Source of the DNA: Cyanidioschyzon merolae
Lineage: Eukaryota
DNA: 64,000 nt
NCBI GenBank assembly: GCA_000091205.1
Contig: AP006497.2
Direction: 5' to 3' (one strand)
Part shown: positions 31,564-41,851 of the stretch, piece after piece
Layout: every line of letters begins with the position of its first letter
Numbering within the stretch: the first letter of the stretch is position 1
Position numbers and translations under genes: made by a program
Notes under the pieces: model-generated
Database searches by the model: none
What the model was told of the DNA's origin: nothing
What the model saw: only the letters and a program-made list of their open reading frames with translations

Positions 31564-33771
31564 GTGGGTTCCGGCGCTATCGACGCCGCCTCCGTCGCCC
31601 TTCGAGGCCTGCGACTGGCCTCGTTGACGGTTTCACATGCCATGGATGAGGAGCAACAAGGTCAATCGAGCGCTGTTGTCGATGAACACCCCGAGCTACA
31701 ATATTACACTGTGCTAAACCTTTCGCCTGACGCTAGTCGTGAAGATGTGCGTGCTGCATATCTGCGTCTGAGTCAGCTGTACCATCCGGATCGCCAACCG
31801 GACCCGGTGCTCAAACAGCGGGCAACAGAGCTCTTCACTCGCATCAGGGAGGCCTACGAAGTGTTATCGCATCCTCTGAAACGCCAGGTCTATGATGCGT
31901 ACGGCACGGAGGGCCTTCGCTTCCTCGAGTCCACACAAGTTACCACTTACGCCGCAGTACGTGCGTACTTTGGTGAGCGAGGCAGCCAGCCCCAGCGGCG
32001 TACACGAGGTAAGAGGAAGCCACACTCAGCGCGTCATGAGAACACCGACGAGCTCACTGCGGAAACACTCTTGGCTGTAAACCATGCGGTGCAGGTCACG
32101 GTGGACGGCACCGGGCTGGTGCAGCTGCTTCCGGACCTGGTGGCCGGCGAGTCACTCTACTGGCGCTCAGCGATCGTCGTTCGCGGGGCTGCACTAGATA
32201 CCCAGGGTTCGTGGTACCTGACTCCTAAGGACTGCTTGTCATGGCAGTATCAGGTCGCAACCAGTAGGTCCGCGGGCGTCATGAGCGACGACGACGACGA
32301 CGATGATGATGATGACGAAGACGACGACGACGATATGGACGACGACTTCGGCGAGGACGGCCAAACTGACGAACACAACGAGAATCAGGACCCCCATACA
32401 AGTACTTGGGAGTCGTCAACAGTCGACTCGGCACATGAGCGGCGCTCTAGCGCAGCCTATGCGTCAGGCTCGACCAATGCGACCAGCAAATCGTCATCTA
32501 GAGCGCCCGGGACGACTTCTCGGGATGATGACGCCCATTTGCGAGGCACACCGCCAATGTTGAAGCACGCTCGTGATGAGCCTTTATTCCGGAAGCTAAC
32601 GCAGGTACAATGCCGGGGTATCAGCGTCTCGTATCGGCGCCTTGTGTCTTCCGAGCAAATGATGGAAGCTGGCCTAGCCTGGGCTGGATCACCGTCTCGC
32701 ACTGGTGCGACGCTCTTTGCCGATGATTCATGGACAGCACGTCCACTGCTTTCGGGAAAGCTGTGGCGTCGTGTGAGTCCGCACGCTTCGCTTGCGCTTG
32801 AGGCGTCGTACGCTCTTGGGCGCGACCAGCGACCCGAGCTGGTGCTGAGTCACGCTCGTCAGATCTCGGAGAGGTGGCAGGGCCATCTAGCCTGGGCCGC
32901 TGGACCTGCACCCGGCTACATGGCTTCTTTTGTCTACGGAGCGGAACAGTGGAATGCAGCTTTTACCGTGAACCTGGGTCTTGGCGCCAGCGGCATCAAG
33001 TTCACCCTCCGACGGCTCTGTGATCAGGCTCAGACGATCATTGCGCGACTGCGAGCGCACTTGTCGTTATCGGGCTGGTCCCTGGAGACCGGACTTGCCA
33101 AAGAACTCGCTTTGGATAGTTATGTGGCAGTTGCAGCGCGCGTATCGCATGTTGGCGTGGCACTGCGACTGAGACTAAGTCGAGCCGGTCACCGCCTAAC
33201 GGTGCCGATCCTTTTGTTTCCGAACCCGGACCCGTTGGCGTTTGTCGCTGTGGCGAGCATTGGGGCAACAACTGCAGCTGCAATTGAATACCTGGCGCTT
33301 CGACCGCTGCGGCGGCTAGCACAGGAGCGCAACCGACGTCGAATACGCGAACGTGTCTATCAAAAACTCGTTGAACGGCGGCGTCAGGCACTTGAGGAGC
33401 GCGAGTTGTTGCGACCACAAGCGGCTCGTTCGCGAGCACTCGAGCAGCAGCGCAACGGTCTGGTGATTGTTCGAGCGCTCTACGGTGCCGCAGAAGTCGT
33501 ACGGCGAATGCATTCACCGGACGTGCCAGTTGCAGTCATCGATGCACTCGAAGACGTCTGTGATGTCACCGATGCCCTGCAAGCGCTGGTTGACGATCGG
33601 GATTCGAGTTTGCGGCTCTACGCTACGAGCAAGGCAGCGCTGACGGGATTCTTCGACCCAACCATGGGCGATGCTGAGCTTGCCTTGCGTATTTGGTATT
33701 TGCTGCGTGGGGAGCCTCTCCAGGTGACCATCGGGGATCTGGATCCGCTCTATATAGGCGCAGATACCTGA
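31564..33771 (+). CDS. DnaJ (J-domain) protein, DNAJC11-like, with an internal poly-Asp tract and a DUF3395-like C-terminus.
   Basis: J domain YYTVLNLSPDASREDVRAAYLRLSQLYHPDRQPD...IREAYEVLSHPLKRQVYD, including HPD. The C-terminus LVIVRALYGAAEVV...LQVTIGDLDPLYIG resembles the DNAJC11 DUF3395. The first ATG is at 31642 (the track start is GTG). Confidence 0.75.
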   Translation: MGSGAIDAASVALRGLRLASLTVSHAMDEEQQGQSSAVVDEHPELQYYTVLNLSPDASREDVRAAYLRLSQLYHPDRQPDPVLKQRATELFTRIREAYEVLSHPLKRQVYDAYGTEGLRFLESTQVTTYAAVRAYFGERGSQPQRRTRGKRKPHSARHENTDELTAETLLAVNHAVQVTVDGTGLVQLLPDLVAGESLYWRSAIVVRGAALDTQGSWYLTPKDCLSWQYQVATSRSAGVMSDDDDDDDDDDEDDDDDMDDDFGEDGQTDEHNENQDPHTSTWESSTVDSAHERRSSAAYASGSTNATSKSSSRAPGTTSRDDDAHLRGTPPMLKHARDEPLFRKLTQVQCRGISVSYRRLVSSEQMMEAGLAWAGSPSRTGATLFADDSWTARPLLSGKLWRRVSPHASLALEASYALGRDQRPELVLSHARQISERWQGHLAWAAGPAPGYMASFVYGAEQWNAAFTVNLGLGASGIKFTLRRLCDQAQTIIARLRAHLSLSGWSLETGLAKELALDSYVAVAARVSHVGVALRLRLSRAGHRLTVPILLFPNPDPLAFVAVASIGATTAAAIEYLALRPLRRLAQERNRRRIRERVYQKLVERRRQALEERELLRPQAARSRALEQQRNGLVIVRALYGAAEVVRRMHSPDVPVAVIDALEDVCDVTDALQALVDDRDSSLRLYATSKAALTGFFDPTMGDAELALRIWYLLRGEPLQVTIGDLDPLYIGADT
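32287..32346. repeat. (GAC/GAT)n trinucleotide tract encoding about 20 consecutive Asp/Glu residues in the DNAJC11-like protein.
   Basis: gacgacgacgacgacgatgatgatgatgacgaagacgacgacgacgat... Confidence 0.95.
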
Positions 33772-33992
33772 ATTCGCGGGTTCGCACGATGTGATTGGGG
33801 GTTGCGCATCGCGAGCTGCACGTAATTCGAACGAGGCAGACTTGATGCAGCTGGGCACACGGGCTCTAGGCAAAACGTGAACGACTGGTGCATCGGGACG
33901 TCCGTAAAAGTCACAGAGCGCACGGCGCTCGAGACGGCGTTGCCCGCGAACAACATCGAATGCGGCATACACGAAGCAATGACCTGCTCTAT

Positions 33993-35135
33993 TTACAGGG
34001 AAGTATCATCAAGGTCAATAAGTTGCAAGATCGCGCGTTCTTTGCGGCGTTTGAAGCGACGCGGCAACGAATGCGGTCGAAGCGAGGCTTCGGCTGATGT
34101 TGTTGTTCCTCCTTGCACCTGATCTGCGACGGCAGACCAGCTAGGTGCCGATGCACGCGGCCGAGAGTCTGACGGTACGGTCGCGTGCAACGTCCGAAGA
34201 CCACCACCACCACCACCACCACCACCACCACCACCACCGGTGTCGCCGCTGTCGTCATCGTTGTATTCAGGCCAGTGACAGCTGGACGCCTCTACGAGCT
34301 TATAGTGCTCCACCACCATGCGGTTGATCGGCGTTGTCTCTTTGCCTGGAGACCAGGTAGCGCAGCGGACGGAGGCACGTGGCACGGATGTCGTATGCTC
34401 ACGGACATCGTTTCGCTCAGTCGAGCGCTTTTGCCAATATCGATAGCATCGTTGCAGGAACAGCATACAGTGATGCAAAGCGGGATATATCCATTGTTGC
34501 ACGAGACATCTCGCAAGAAGAACCAGCGCCGCCACCAACCCAAAGATGCTCGTAAACAGCTGCGTGAATGCTTGCGTAAGCTCTGGACCTAGTGCACGCA
34601 CAATCACTTGACGCAAGAAAATACCGAGTCGTTTCAGTTGCCTGAGCAGTAGCTGTGCGATGTCGCAAAAGCTGCGGTACACGCGCCATCGCACTGCCCG
34701 CATATAGCGATGTCGCCAGAGCGCTCCGAGCTGCTTTGCAACCAGCTTGATGAGTTGCAGGCTTAGGCTGCCGATGCTCATCAACAGATGGCGCGATACC
34801 ATGAGCTGTTTACGAAACCTAGATGACAGGTACAGTTGCCAACCTGCGGCCTGTCGCAGCAAAGCGCCAGAGCTCGCCTTCACTGCAAGTTTCTCGTAGA
34901 TACCCGTGGTAGACGTTGTGAGCGGTTCATTCGCGAGCACCGTGTGCTTCTTGCCTTGCAAACGAGCTCGCACAGTTTCCTGAAGCAACCTAGCCTCAGC
35001 AGAGCGCTCTGAGGAACCCAGCGAGCTCGTACTGCAGCTGCTGCTCGCCGGGTGCGTCACCGATCGTGTAGAGTCGTTAGCTCGAGGGTGAGCCTCGCGC
35101 TCCATTCGGACTCTGCGATTTTTAAAGATGTACAA
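33993..35135 (-). CDS. Hypothetical protein, 380 aa, with one or two predicted TM/amphipathic segments and a poly-Gly run.
   Basis: ORF only. The poly-Gly is encoded by the (CCA)13 microsatellite. The start appears to be TTG; my check of the track coordinate was off by 1 nt. Confidence 0.3.
   Translation of the reverse strand: MYIFKNRRVRMEREAHPRANDSTRSVTHPASSSCSTSSLGSSERSAEARLLQETVRARLQGKKHTVLANEPLTTSTTGIYEKLAVKASSGALLRQAAGWQLYLSSRFRKQLMVSRHLLMSIGSLSLQLIKLVAKQLGALWRHRYMRAVRWRVYRSFCDIAQLLLRQLKRLGIFLRQVIVRALGPELTQAFTQLFTSIFGLVAALVLLARCLVQQWIYPALHHCMLFLQRCYRYWQKRSTERNDVREHTTSVPRASVRCATWSPGKETTPINRMVVEHYKLVEASSCHWPEYNDDDSGDTGGGGGGGGGGGGGLRTLHATVPSDSRPRASAPSWSAVADQVQGGTTTSAEASLRPHSLPRRFKRRKERAILQLIDLDDTSL
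34201..34238. repeat. (CCA)13 microsatellite, encoding poly-Gly on the minus-strand ORF.
   Basis: Perfect ccaccacca... run. Confidence 0.95.
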
Positions 35136-36420
35136 GCCCTATGGTGTTCTTCGTTATCTGAAAAGCGGTCCTATGTGCTTTCGTTGGTTTCCCGGAGCAC
35201 CAGCAGCACCGTGGGCCAAGCAACGGCACGCCGAAGACTCGACAACCCCGGACCGTATACACGCTCTGCTTGAACAGCAACAGGAGCCCGTCTAGTTCTC
35301 CTACTTAACGCTAGCAGAATAAGCGCGAGTCCCAGTGCCACGCGGGTTGCAGGGCACCCCACGCATACGCAACGTCAGTACAGCACGAGCGTATACCCGC
35401 TCGGGTTCGGTAACGACTAGACGCGCGTCGTACGCGAACGCGAACGGTGCGCGCCATATCCCTGGGCGCATGGTTGGCGCTTCGGCGCTGCAACGCTTTC
35501 CATAGGGATGGCGATCATTTTAGAACGAAACTGTATGTTTTCGATCAAAATTTGAAGAAAATGCCTCGGGTACAGATCGTGCACGGCATCCCCGATCCAT
35601 GCAGTGTGACCGCTGTGCCAGCGTGACCCCCGGCGCCGGATCTGCGACTCCTTGCCAGTGATGAACGCGTACCATGGAACAGGTCGACGGGTACCGGTGT
35701 ACGAGGGAAGTTTTTGGTCTCTTCCCACTGGCATCAACAGGGGTCTTGAGTGGACTGTTTTTTCTGTAGGTGCTTTGGTTTGATCTTTTTCCTATGTCTG
35801 GTTTTCTAAACGCTGATCTCTCGATTCCCTATCGCTCCGTTGCATGCAGTCGAGGTATGTAGTTGACACCCAACGTCCGGGTATCGCTGCGATTGACGCT
35901 TCGCTTGTCTGTCTCATTTTCAGTTGGTAGGGATTTGGTGTACCGTTGTGCAGCGATGGTACCCTAATTTCGTTCAGGAGTTCTCATTTGTCCATCACGC
36001 CTCCTCTCCCGTGCACCGCATGGTGGCAAGTGCGTGCGCTCGGCACATGCGCTTCGTGGGTTCAGTAGGTTCGCCTCGATGCCCGCGTTGGCTTTCAGCG
36101 CCCGGTGCCGTAGCCCAGGATCATGGGCTTCTGTGCAGCGATCCCCTGGTCGAGGATGCTGTCCGGTGCGTACGCACGCAAGTGCAGCTCGTCCGATATG
36201 ATGCACGATTTCTGGATAGTGATACTGTCCATGATGAAACAAGTACAGAGAGGAAAATCTAGGCTCAAGTCGAGTTATCCCGAACCGTCTGCGCTCCATT
36301 CTTGAAAAATGGTGACGCATGCTGCACTGGATATGAACGCTGCGATGATTCACGTCCGAGTACAAAGCGCTTTTCTGTGCAAACACAGGAGGCGGGAACT
36401 TTTGGGAAAATACCCATGAG

Positions 36421-36780
36421 AGGCATCCTGCTTGTTTAGATACCGTTTTGTAGATCGCCACAGAATGAGAGTGACTTGGCTTTCAAACGGAATCGATGCA
36501 TTTTTGTGAAAAGTTCAACGATCTTTTGGTATGCGCTTGTGTACAAAACGTCGAGAGACGACACCCGGTTTTCTACGTGGATGCTGTGGCGAGCATACCT
36601 CGTCCCACGAGTTACCTCGAAACGCAAAGCTCGAGCTCTTGAAGCATGCTTGATTTGCACATGGAAGCCGTAGTAAAACGGGAAGCATGGATGCTTCCGC
36701 GTATATGCTGAATCATGGTTTCCATTAGTTTGCGCTCCGTTACATGAACGCGTCACGAATCATATCGATTCCGATGATGT
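36421..36780 (+). repeat. Dispersed repeat family L, copy 1 (about 350 bp). Possible MITE-like or ncRNA-like element.
   Basis: Shares a collinear series of conserved blocks with 57916-58265 (same strand) and 52925-53290 (opposite strand): ctgctt(g/c)t.tagat.ccgtttt.gtaga, ctttcaaacggaatcgat (18/18 in all three), catgaaaagtt, gc(a/g)(t/a)g(a/c)gcttg(a/t)g(a/t)aca(a/g), cctcgaaac, agcatg(c/t)ttgatttg, (g/t)gaatcatg(g/a)tttc, gaacgcgtc.cgaatcat. Copy 1 has a 10-bp terminal inverted repeat cggaatcgat / atcgattccg (36488-36497 and 36766-36775). Confidence 0.75.
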
Positions 36781-37634
36781 AACGTGTTCCCGCAGCAGAG
36801 TGGCAGACCAGCCACTCGGAAAATATCGCCGAGAATCCCTCAGCACGAGCACCTGGGCATGGAGTGTCGATGCAGTGCGTCTAGAAGGAAAAAAGTTCGA
36901 ATAAAAATCTCACACCAGCAACAGAGTGAACAAATCAGTGTTCCACTCTCATCTGAAACGGGTAGAGAGTCAGCGCCATTCTTGCGAAAGCGCTTTCGTG
37001 AATGTGGTCGCGTACCCGCAAACCTGCAAGCATACGTAAAACCTGCATACTTCCCGGGCGGATACTCAATATGTGAATACATGGCTTCGCTGGCCGTTGC
37101 TCCTTCAGATGCACACTCTAGCTGGTGACCGGACCACTAGTTCGGAGACTGAAGTCGCCCGCAAGCGGTACGCTCGGCGTGCCATCTGCTCGGAAACTCA
37201 CTGGAGCCAGCACCCACACAGGCTAAAGCAAAGCTGGTCTTTGTTCGTACGTCGTCCGCAGCGCCATTCACCAGGCACAGTTGTCGATACTCGATGGATC
37301 CATGCAAGACACCCGCGTGCATCGCATGAACGTACCATGATCACGAAGCAACTTCTGGTCTTGGATCCATGGTACACACGAGGTCCGGAAGCGCATAGCG
37401 GGCGCTTCTCTACCTGCCGATCGTAGTCGTGCACACGGGTAGACTGCGGTCAGGTTTAACGATCCCTAAGGATATGCAATAAACTCGTTCGAGCGCATCG
37501 TGCGGAGCTTTTCCCCCCGTGACCTACCGGAAGACTAGTCTAATAAAGCATGCTCTTCCAGTCACATCGATAGATTAGAATTCCATAGGGCACGAGCGGT
37601 CGTTCTTCGCCAGCACATTGCCCACTCTGCGGCG

Positions 37635-38155
37635 CAAGGTGCTGCCTCGTGCGACACGCTGAACCGATCCTCCGTTGATCAGCGTACACAGGGACGTTCC
37701 TCAGTGGATGCTTGTACACCTCTGCTTCGAAGAACGCAGACACCCAAAGCTTCGTGACTCGTTTCAAGGTGCTGCCTCGTGCGACACGCTGAACCGATCC
37801 TCCGTTGATCAGCGTACACAGGGACGTTCCTCAGTGGATGCTTGTAGACCTCTGCTTAGAAGAAAGCAGACACTCAAAGCTTCGTGACTCGTTTCAAGGT
37901 GCTGCCTCGTGCGACACGCTGAACCGATCCTCCGTTGATCAGCGTACACAGGGACGTTCCTCAGTGGATGCTTGTAGACCTCTGCTTAGAAGAAAGCAGA
38001 CACTCAAAGCTTCGTGACTCGTTTCAAGGTGCTGCCTCGTGCGACACGCTGAACCGATCCTCCGTTGATCAGCGTACACAGGGACGTTCCTCAGTGGATG
38101 CTTGTACACCTCTGCTTCGAAGAACGCAGACACCCAAAGCTTCGTGACTCGTTTC
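37635..38155. repeat. Tandem minisatellite A: 130-bp unit, 4 copies, in variant order A-B-B-A (units 1 and 4 identical; units 2 and 3 identical).
   Basis: Unit starts at 37638, 37768, 37898 and 38028, each beginning ggtgctgcctcgtgcgacacgctgaaccgatcc.... Variants differ at cttgtaCacctctgcttCgaagaaCgcagacacCcaaagc versus ...G...a...a...t. The array ends 1 bp before the SelO ORF. Confidence 0.95.
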
Positions 38156-38156
38156 T

Positions 38157-40316
38157 TTGCAACGTAGAGGCGTTCGACGGAAAGCAACTCACAGCTCAGG
38201 AAACGTTGCCCCGCCGCAAGCAGCGCGGCGCAACGGCATCCTCAGACGCAAGGCGTCGGGACTCGGAAACCAAAAATGTTGTTGGTTCGAGAACTCGACT
38301 ATGACTTTTTGGGCCTGGATTGCGCTCACGGGACACAGCGGAATTCATTCGAGGTCGAGTCTGAGAACGCTCCCACGAGAGACAGCGCGAGTACGTAGGG
38401 TGCTGTGGCGGTTGTCGCCTGAACACCCACATCTCGGGCGCAGTGTGTTTACACCATCCCGTACCACGGCGCGTCCGTCAGAAGCGCGTGAGCGACTACC
38501 GCGTAGCGCTTTGCCACACCTCCGCTCAAACTACTCCTTACCTGAAACAGCGATGCTCGGGAGCGGTACTGGACACGGAAGTTCTGATGGAAAGGGAGCA
38601 CCACTACCAGCAACGACGACGACGACGACACACCAGAGTGACGAGCGCCTGCTCACACTCGACGAACTAGTGCTGAGTGCGGGGTTCGCCAGTCGTCTAC
38701 CCGCGGACCCGGAAACTGCAAACTACGTCCGCGTAGTGCGCGGTGCGGCACTTTCGTTTGTGCACCCGTCACCGACCTGGACGGAGCCGGTGCTTGCTGT
38801 CTGGTCAGACAGGTGTGCGCGTGCTTGTCTTGACCTCGAGGTGAGGCCCTCAGAGCGAGACTATGCAGCACGTGTGTTCAGTGGCCTCGCGATGTTGCCC
38901 GGATCGCGACCCTATGCGCAGCGCTACGGCGGACACCAGTTTGGCGTCTGGGCAGGTCAGCTTGGCGACGGTCGTGTCATTGTGTTGGGTGAGTACCAGA
39001 ATCGATGCGGCGAGACCTGGACCTTGCAGCTGAAAGGCGCAGGCAAGACGCCGTTTGCTCGTTTCGCTGACGGGCGCGCTGTCTTGCGCAGCAGCGTGCG
39101 AGAGTTTCTCGCCAGTGAAGCGCTACATGCGCTGGGCATCCCTACCAGTCGTGCGTTGTCCCTTGTGGTCACTGGTGACAAAGTCGTGCGGGACATGTTC
39201 TACGACGGCAATCCACGCGAGGAGCCTGGCGCTGTCGTTTGCCGTCTAGCTCCTTCATGGGTGCGGTTCGGAACGTTTGAATTGGCAACGGACTGGAATG
39301 AGCTGGAGCTTCTTCGACAGCTTGCGGACGATACGATTGTACACCACTACCCGGCATTGCTGGCACATGAGCGTTCTCACGGCAAGCGCACATCCGCAGA
39401 CTCGAGCCGCAGCGCAAGAAATGAAGAGTCCCAGAACCCAATGCCGTATCGAGCGCTTTTACTCCAAGTCGCTGAACGAACAGCTGCGCTAGTTGCCGGC
39501 TGGCAAAGCGTCGGTTTCGTACACGGAGTCTTGAACACCGACAATATGAGTATTCTGGGGATCACCATAGACTATGGTCCGTTCGGCTTCCTGGACGCTT
39601 ACATGCCCGAGTACACGCCGAATACCACAGATCTTCCGGGTCGACGCTATTGTTATGCGTTACAGCCGACCATCTGTTTGTGGAATCTGCTTCAACTAGT
39701 GCGTGCATTCGAGCCGCTCACTGGTACTAATCTCTCGGAGGAAGTGAGTCAGACCTACGAGACCAAGTTTCGCGAAGAGATGTCCGCACGCCTGCGAGCC
39801 AAACTCGGTTTCCAAACCTGGAACTCGGATGCAGATAATGGACTTGTGCGGGACCTGTATGAGCTCATGCGTCAGGATCGAGCGGATTTTACACGCACCT
39901 GGCGAGCGCTGTCCTGGTTAGAGCCCGTTGCTTGTCTACAGAAAAGCGACGCCTCGCTCGAGCCGCTGCTTCGCGTACTCCCAGAGCCGGTTCGAAAGAA
40001 TCCGGACCGACTTGAAGCTTGGCGACTTTGGGTGCAACGTTACGCAGAGCGTACGCTGGCCGAAGACAACTTTGATGGGACTGCACGGCGCAAGCAAATG
40101 CAAGCCGCGTCTCCCAAGTACATTCTACGGAATTACATGGCTCAGGTGGCAATTGAAAAGGCGGAAAATGAACAGGATTTTTCGGAAATCGAGCGACTGC
40201 TCAAGTTACTCGAACATCCGTACGCAGAACAGCCCGAAATGGAGGCACTCTACGATCGGGAGCCACCGACATGGTCCCAGCGCCTTGGAGTGTGCATGAA
40301 CAGCTGCTCTTCCTAA
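38157..40316 (+). CDS. Protein adenylyltransferase SelO (SELENOO/YdiU, UPF0061).
   Basis: HGVLNTDNMSILGITIDYGPFGFLD and GDGRAVLRSSVREFLASEALHALGIPTSRALSLVVTGDKVVRDMFYDGNPREEPGAVVCRLAPSWVRFGTFE are near-verbatim SelO family blocks. The track start is TTG 38157. In-frame ATGs are at 38301 and 38553. The 38157-38552 extension is Arg-rich with no acidic residues, so it could be a mitochondrial presequence. Confidence 0.85.
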   Translation: MQRRGVRRKATHSSGNVAPPQAARRNGILRRKASGLGNQKCCWFENSTMTFWAWIALTGHSGIHSRSSLRTLPRETARVRRVLWRLSPEHPHLGRSVFTPSRTTARPSEARERLPRSALPHLRSNYSLPETAMLGSGTGHGSSDGKGAPLPATTTTTTHQSDERLLTLDELVLSAGFASRLPADPETANYVRVVRGAALSFVHPSPTWTEPVLAVWSDRCARACLDLEVRPSERDYAARVFSGLAMLPGSRPYAQRYGGHQFGVWAGQLGDGRVIVLGEYQNRCGETWTLQLKGAGKTPFARFADGRAVLRSSVREFLASEALHALGIPTSRALSLVVTGDKVVRDMFYDGNPREEPGAVVCRLAPSWVRFGTFELATDWNELELLRQLADDTIVHHYPALLAHERSHGKRTSADSSRSARNEESQNPMPYRALLLQVAERTAALVAGWQSVGFVHGVLNTDNMSILGITIDYGPFGFLDAYMPEYTPNTTDLPGRRYCYALQPTICLWNLLQLVRAFEPLTGTNLSEEVSQTYETKFREEMSARLRAKLGFQTWNSDADNGLVRDLYELMRQDRADFTRTWRALSWLEPVACLQKSDASLEPLLRVLPEPVRKNPDRLEAWRLWVQRYAERTLAEDNFDGTARRKQMQAASPKYILRNYMAQVAIEKAENEQDFSEIERLLKLLEHPYAEQPEMEALYDREPPTWSQRLGVCMNSCSS

Positions 40317-41430
40317 CAAATTAGGCGAAAAGGTGAGGTGTCTGGTTCGTGTACCCGATCGCATGGATAGACATCCACGGATGCCTATTGAAGCACCTGT
40401 AGGAATACTCCTACGAATACCTGCGCGGATACGGCTATGGACACAGGCATGTTCATGGGTGGCAATGGTTGAAGTGCACGATTCGTGCTGGAAACTGCCT
40501 GCAACCTGTCACGTTCACAGTGTGTTGTTGCAACTTGTTTCGCATGCGTCGCCAATGCCGCGTCCCGAGTTTTCTTTTTGTAAAGAACCGCTTTCACCGA
40601 ATACGGTTGGATGCGAATCTTGATGCTCTGGTGGATCATACGCCAGAGACTAGTGGGACCGCTGCAACTGTATATATTCTCAGGACGGCGCTGTTCGTCG
40701 ATCGCGTTTCCAGACACCACACCCGAGCAGTCCATATGATCAGTTCGCATCTATGGGTTCGCCCCGGAGACGCAACGCGGGAGACGTCTTTGCACCCGAT
40801 CCCATGGGTGAATCTGCATCCACCGAGAAAACCGAGTTGAGCGCTTACCTCGTACCGTTTAGGCGATCGCTTTTGAGATCCGATGCTAGCGGGGGTCGGG
40901 GTATCCGCTGACCTTTCTACGACTGGATGCCAGCGCTATGCAGCCTGAACCTCGTCGGAGCTGCTGCTTCGATCGCCATATGAAAACGTGAGATTCGATT
41001 CGTGCAAAGCCAACAAAGAGTCCATATGCAGAATACAAACTTTTCCTTCAGCAAAAGCAGCCTCTTGCAAGTAAGGATCTACGCGAGGTTTGTGGTGTAG
41101 GACCCGTACCTCATTCGCGCTGGGGCGTCTAGAGTGCTGGGGGTCTCCGAGGTGCCCCCGCTGCACGCTCCTGCCCTGCCGCCTGCGCTAAACAACACCT
41201 TTCATATACTGGGCACTCGCGCTCTCTCTACAGGTCCTTCGCTTCATTCATCAGCAAATATCCGCCTGAACGTTTGCCGGCACTGCAACACCAGACTTGG
41301 ATAACTGCATTCAATGAAAGAGTGACGCTCTTTTTCCAACGTAGAGCGCCACCAACCTACAACCGCGTCCTAACCTGCAGCTGTTGCAAGACGCCCTAAC
41401 GAGAGCATCTTCTGTACCGAACAATTTCCA

Positions 41431-41851
41431 TACCAGTGCTGCTCCCTAAGCGCTATCCTAACCCAGCGCACAGTGTCTTGAACGGTTTTGTGGTACGCAC
41501 TCGGAAACAGTTGGCGTACCAGTGCTGCTCCCTAAGCGCTACCCTAACCCAGCGCACAGTGTCGTTAACGGTTTTGTGGTACGCACTCGGAAACAGTTGG
41601 CGTACCAGTACTGCTCCCTAAGCGCTACCCTAACCCAGCGCACAGTGTCGTTAACGGTTTTGTGGTACGCACTCGGAAACAGTTGGCGTACCAGTACTGC
41701 TCCCTAAGCGCTACCCTAACCCAGCGCACAGTGTCGTTAACGGTTTTGTGGTACGTACTCGGAAACAGTTGGCGTACCAGTACTGCTCCCTAAGCGCTAT
41801 CCTAACCCAGCGCACAGTGTTGTTAACGGTTTTGTGGTACGTACTCGGAAA
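41431..41851. repeat. Tandem minisatellite B: 86-bp unit, about 4.9 copies.
   Basis: Unit taccagtgctgctccctaagcgctatcctaacccagcgcacagtgtcttgaacggttttgtggtacgcactcggaaacagttggcg starts at 41431, 41517, 41603, 41689 and 41775. It lies immediately 5' of, and overlaps, the CtpA-like ORF extension. Confidence 0.95.

Noticed and set aside
37675-38304. Four near-identical 70-79 aa ORFs (MISVHRDVPQWMLV...) at 130-bp spacing, and similar serial ORFs at 41436/41522 (MLLPKRYPNPAHSV...), 50219/50296 and 62153.
   Set aside because: They are read-through translations of minisatellite units (arrays A, B, C, E), not a gene family. The periodicity equals the repeat unit and the 'proteins' have no motifs.
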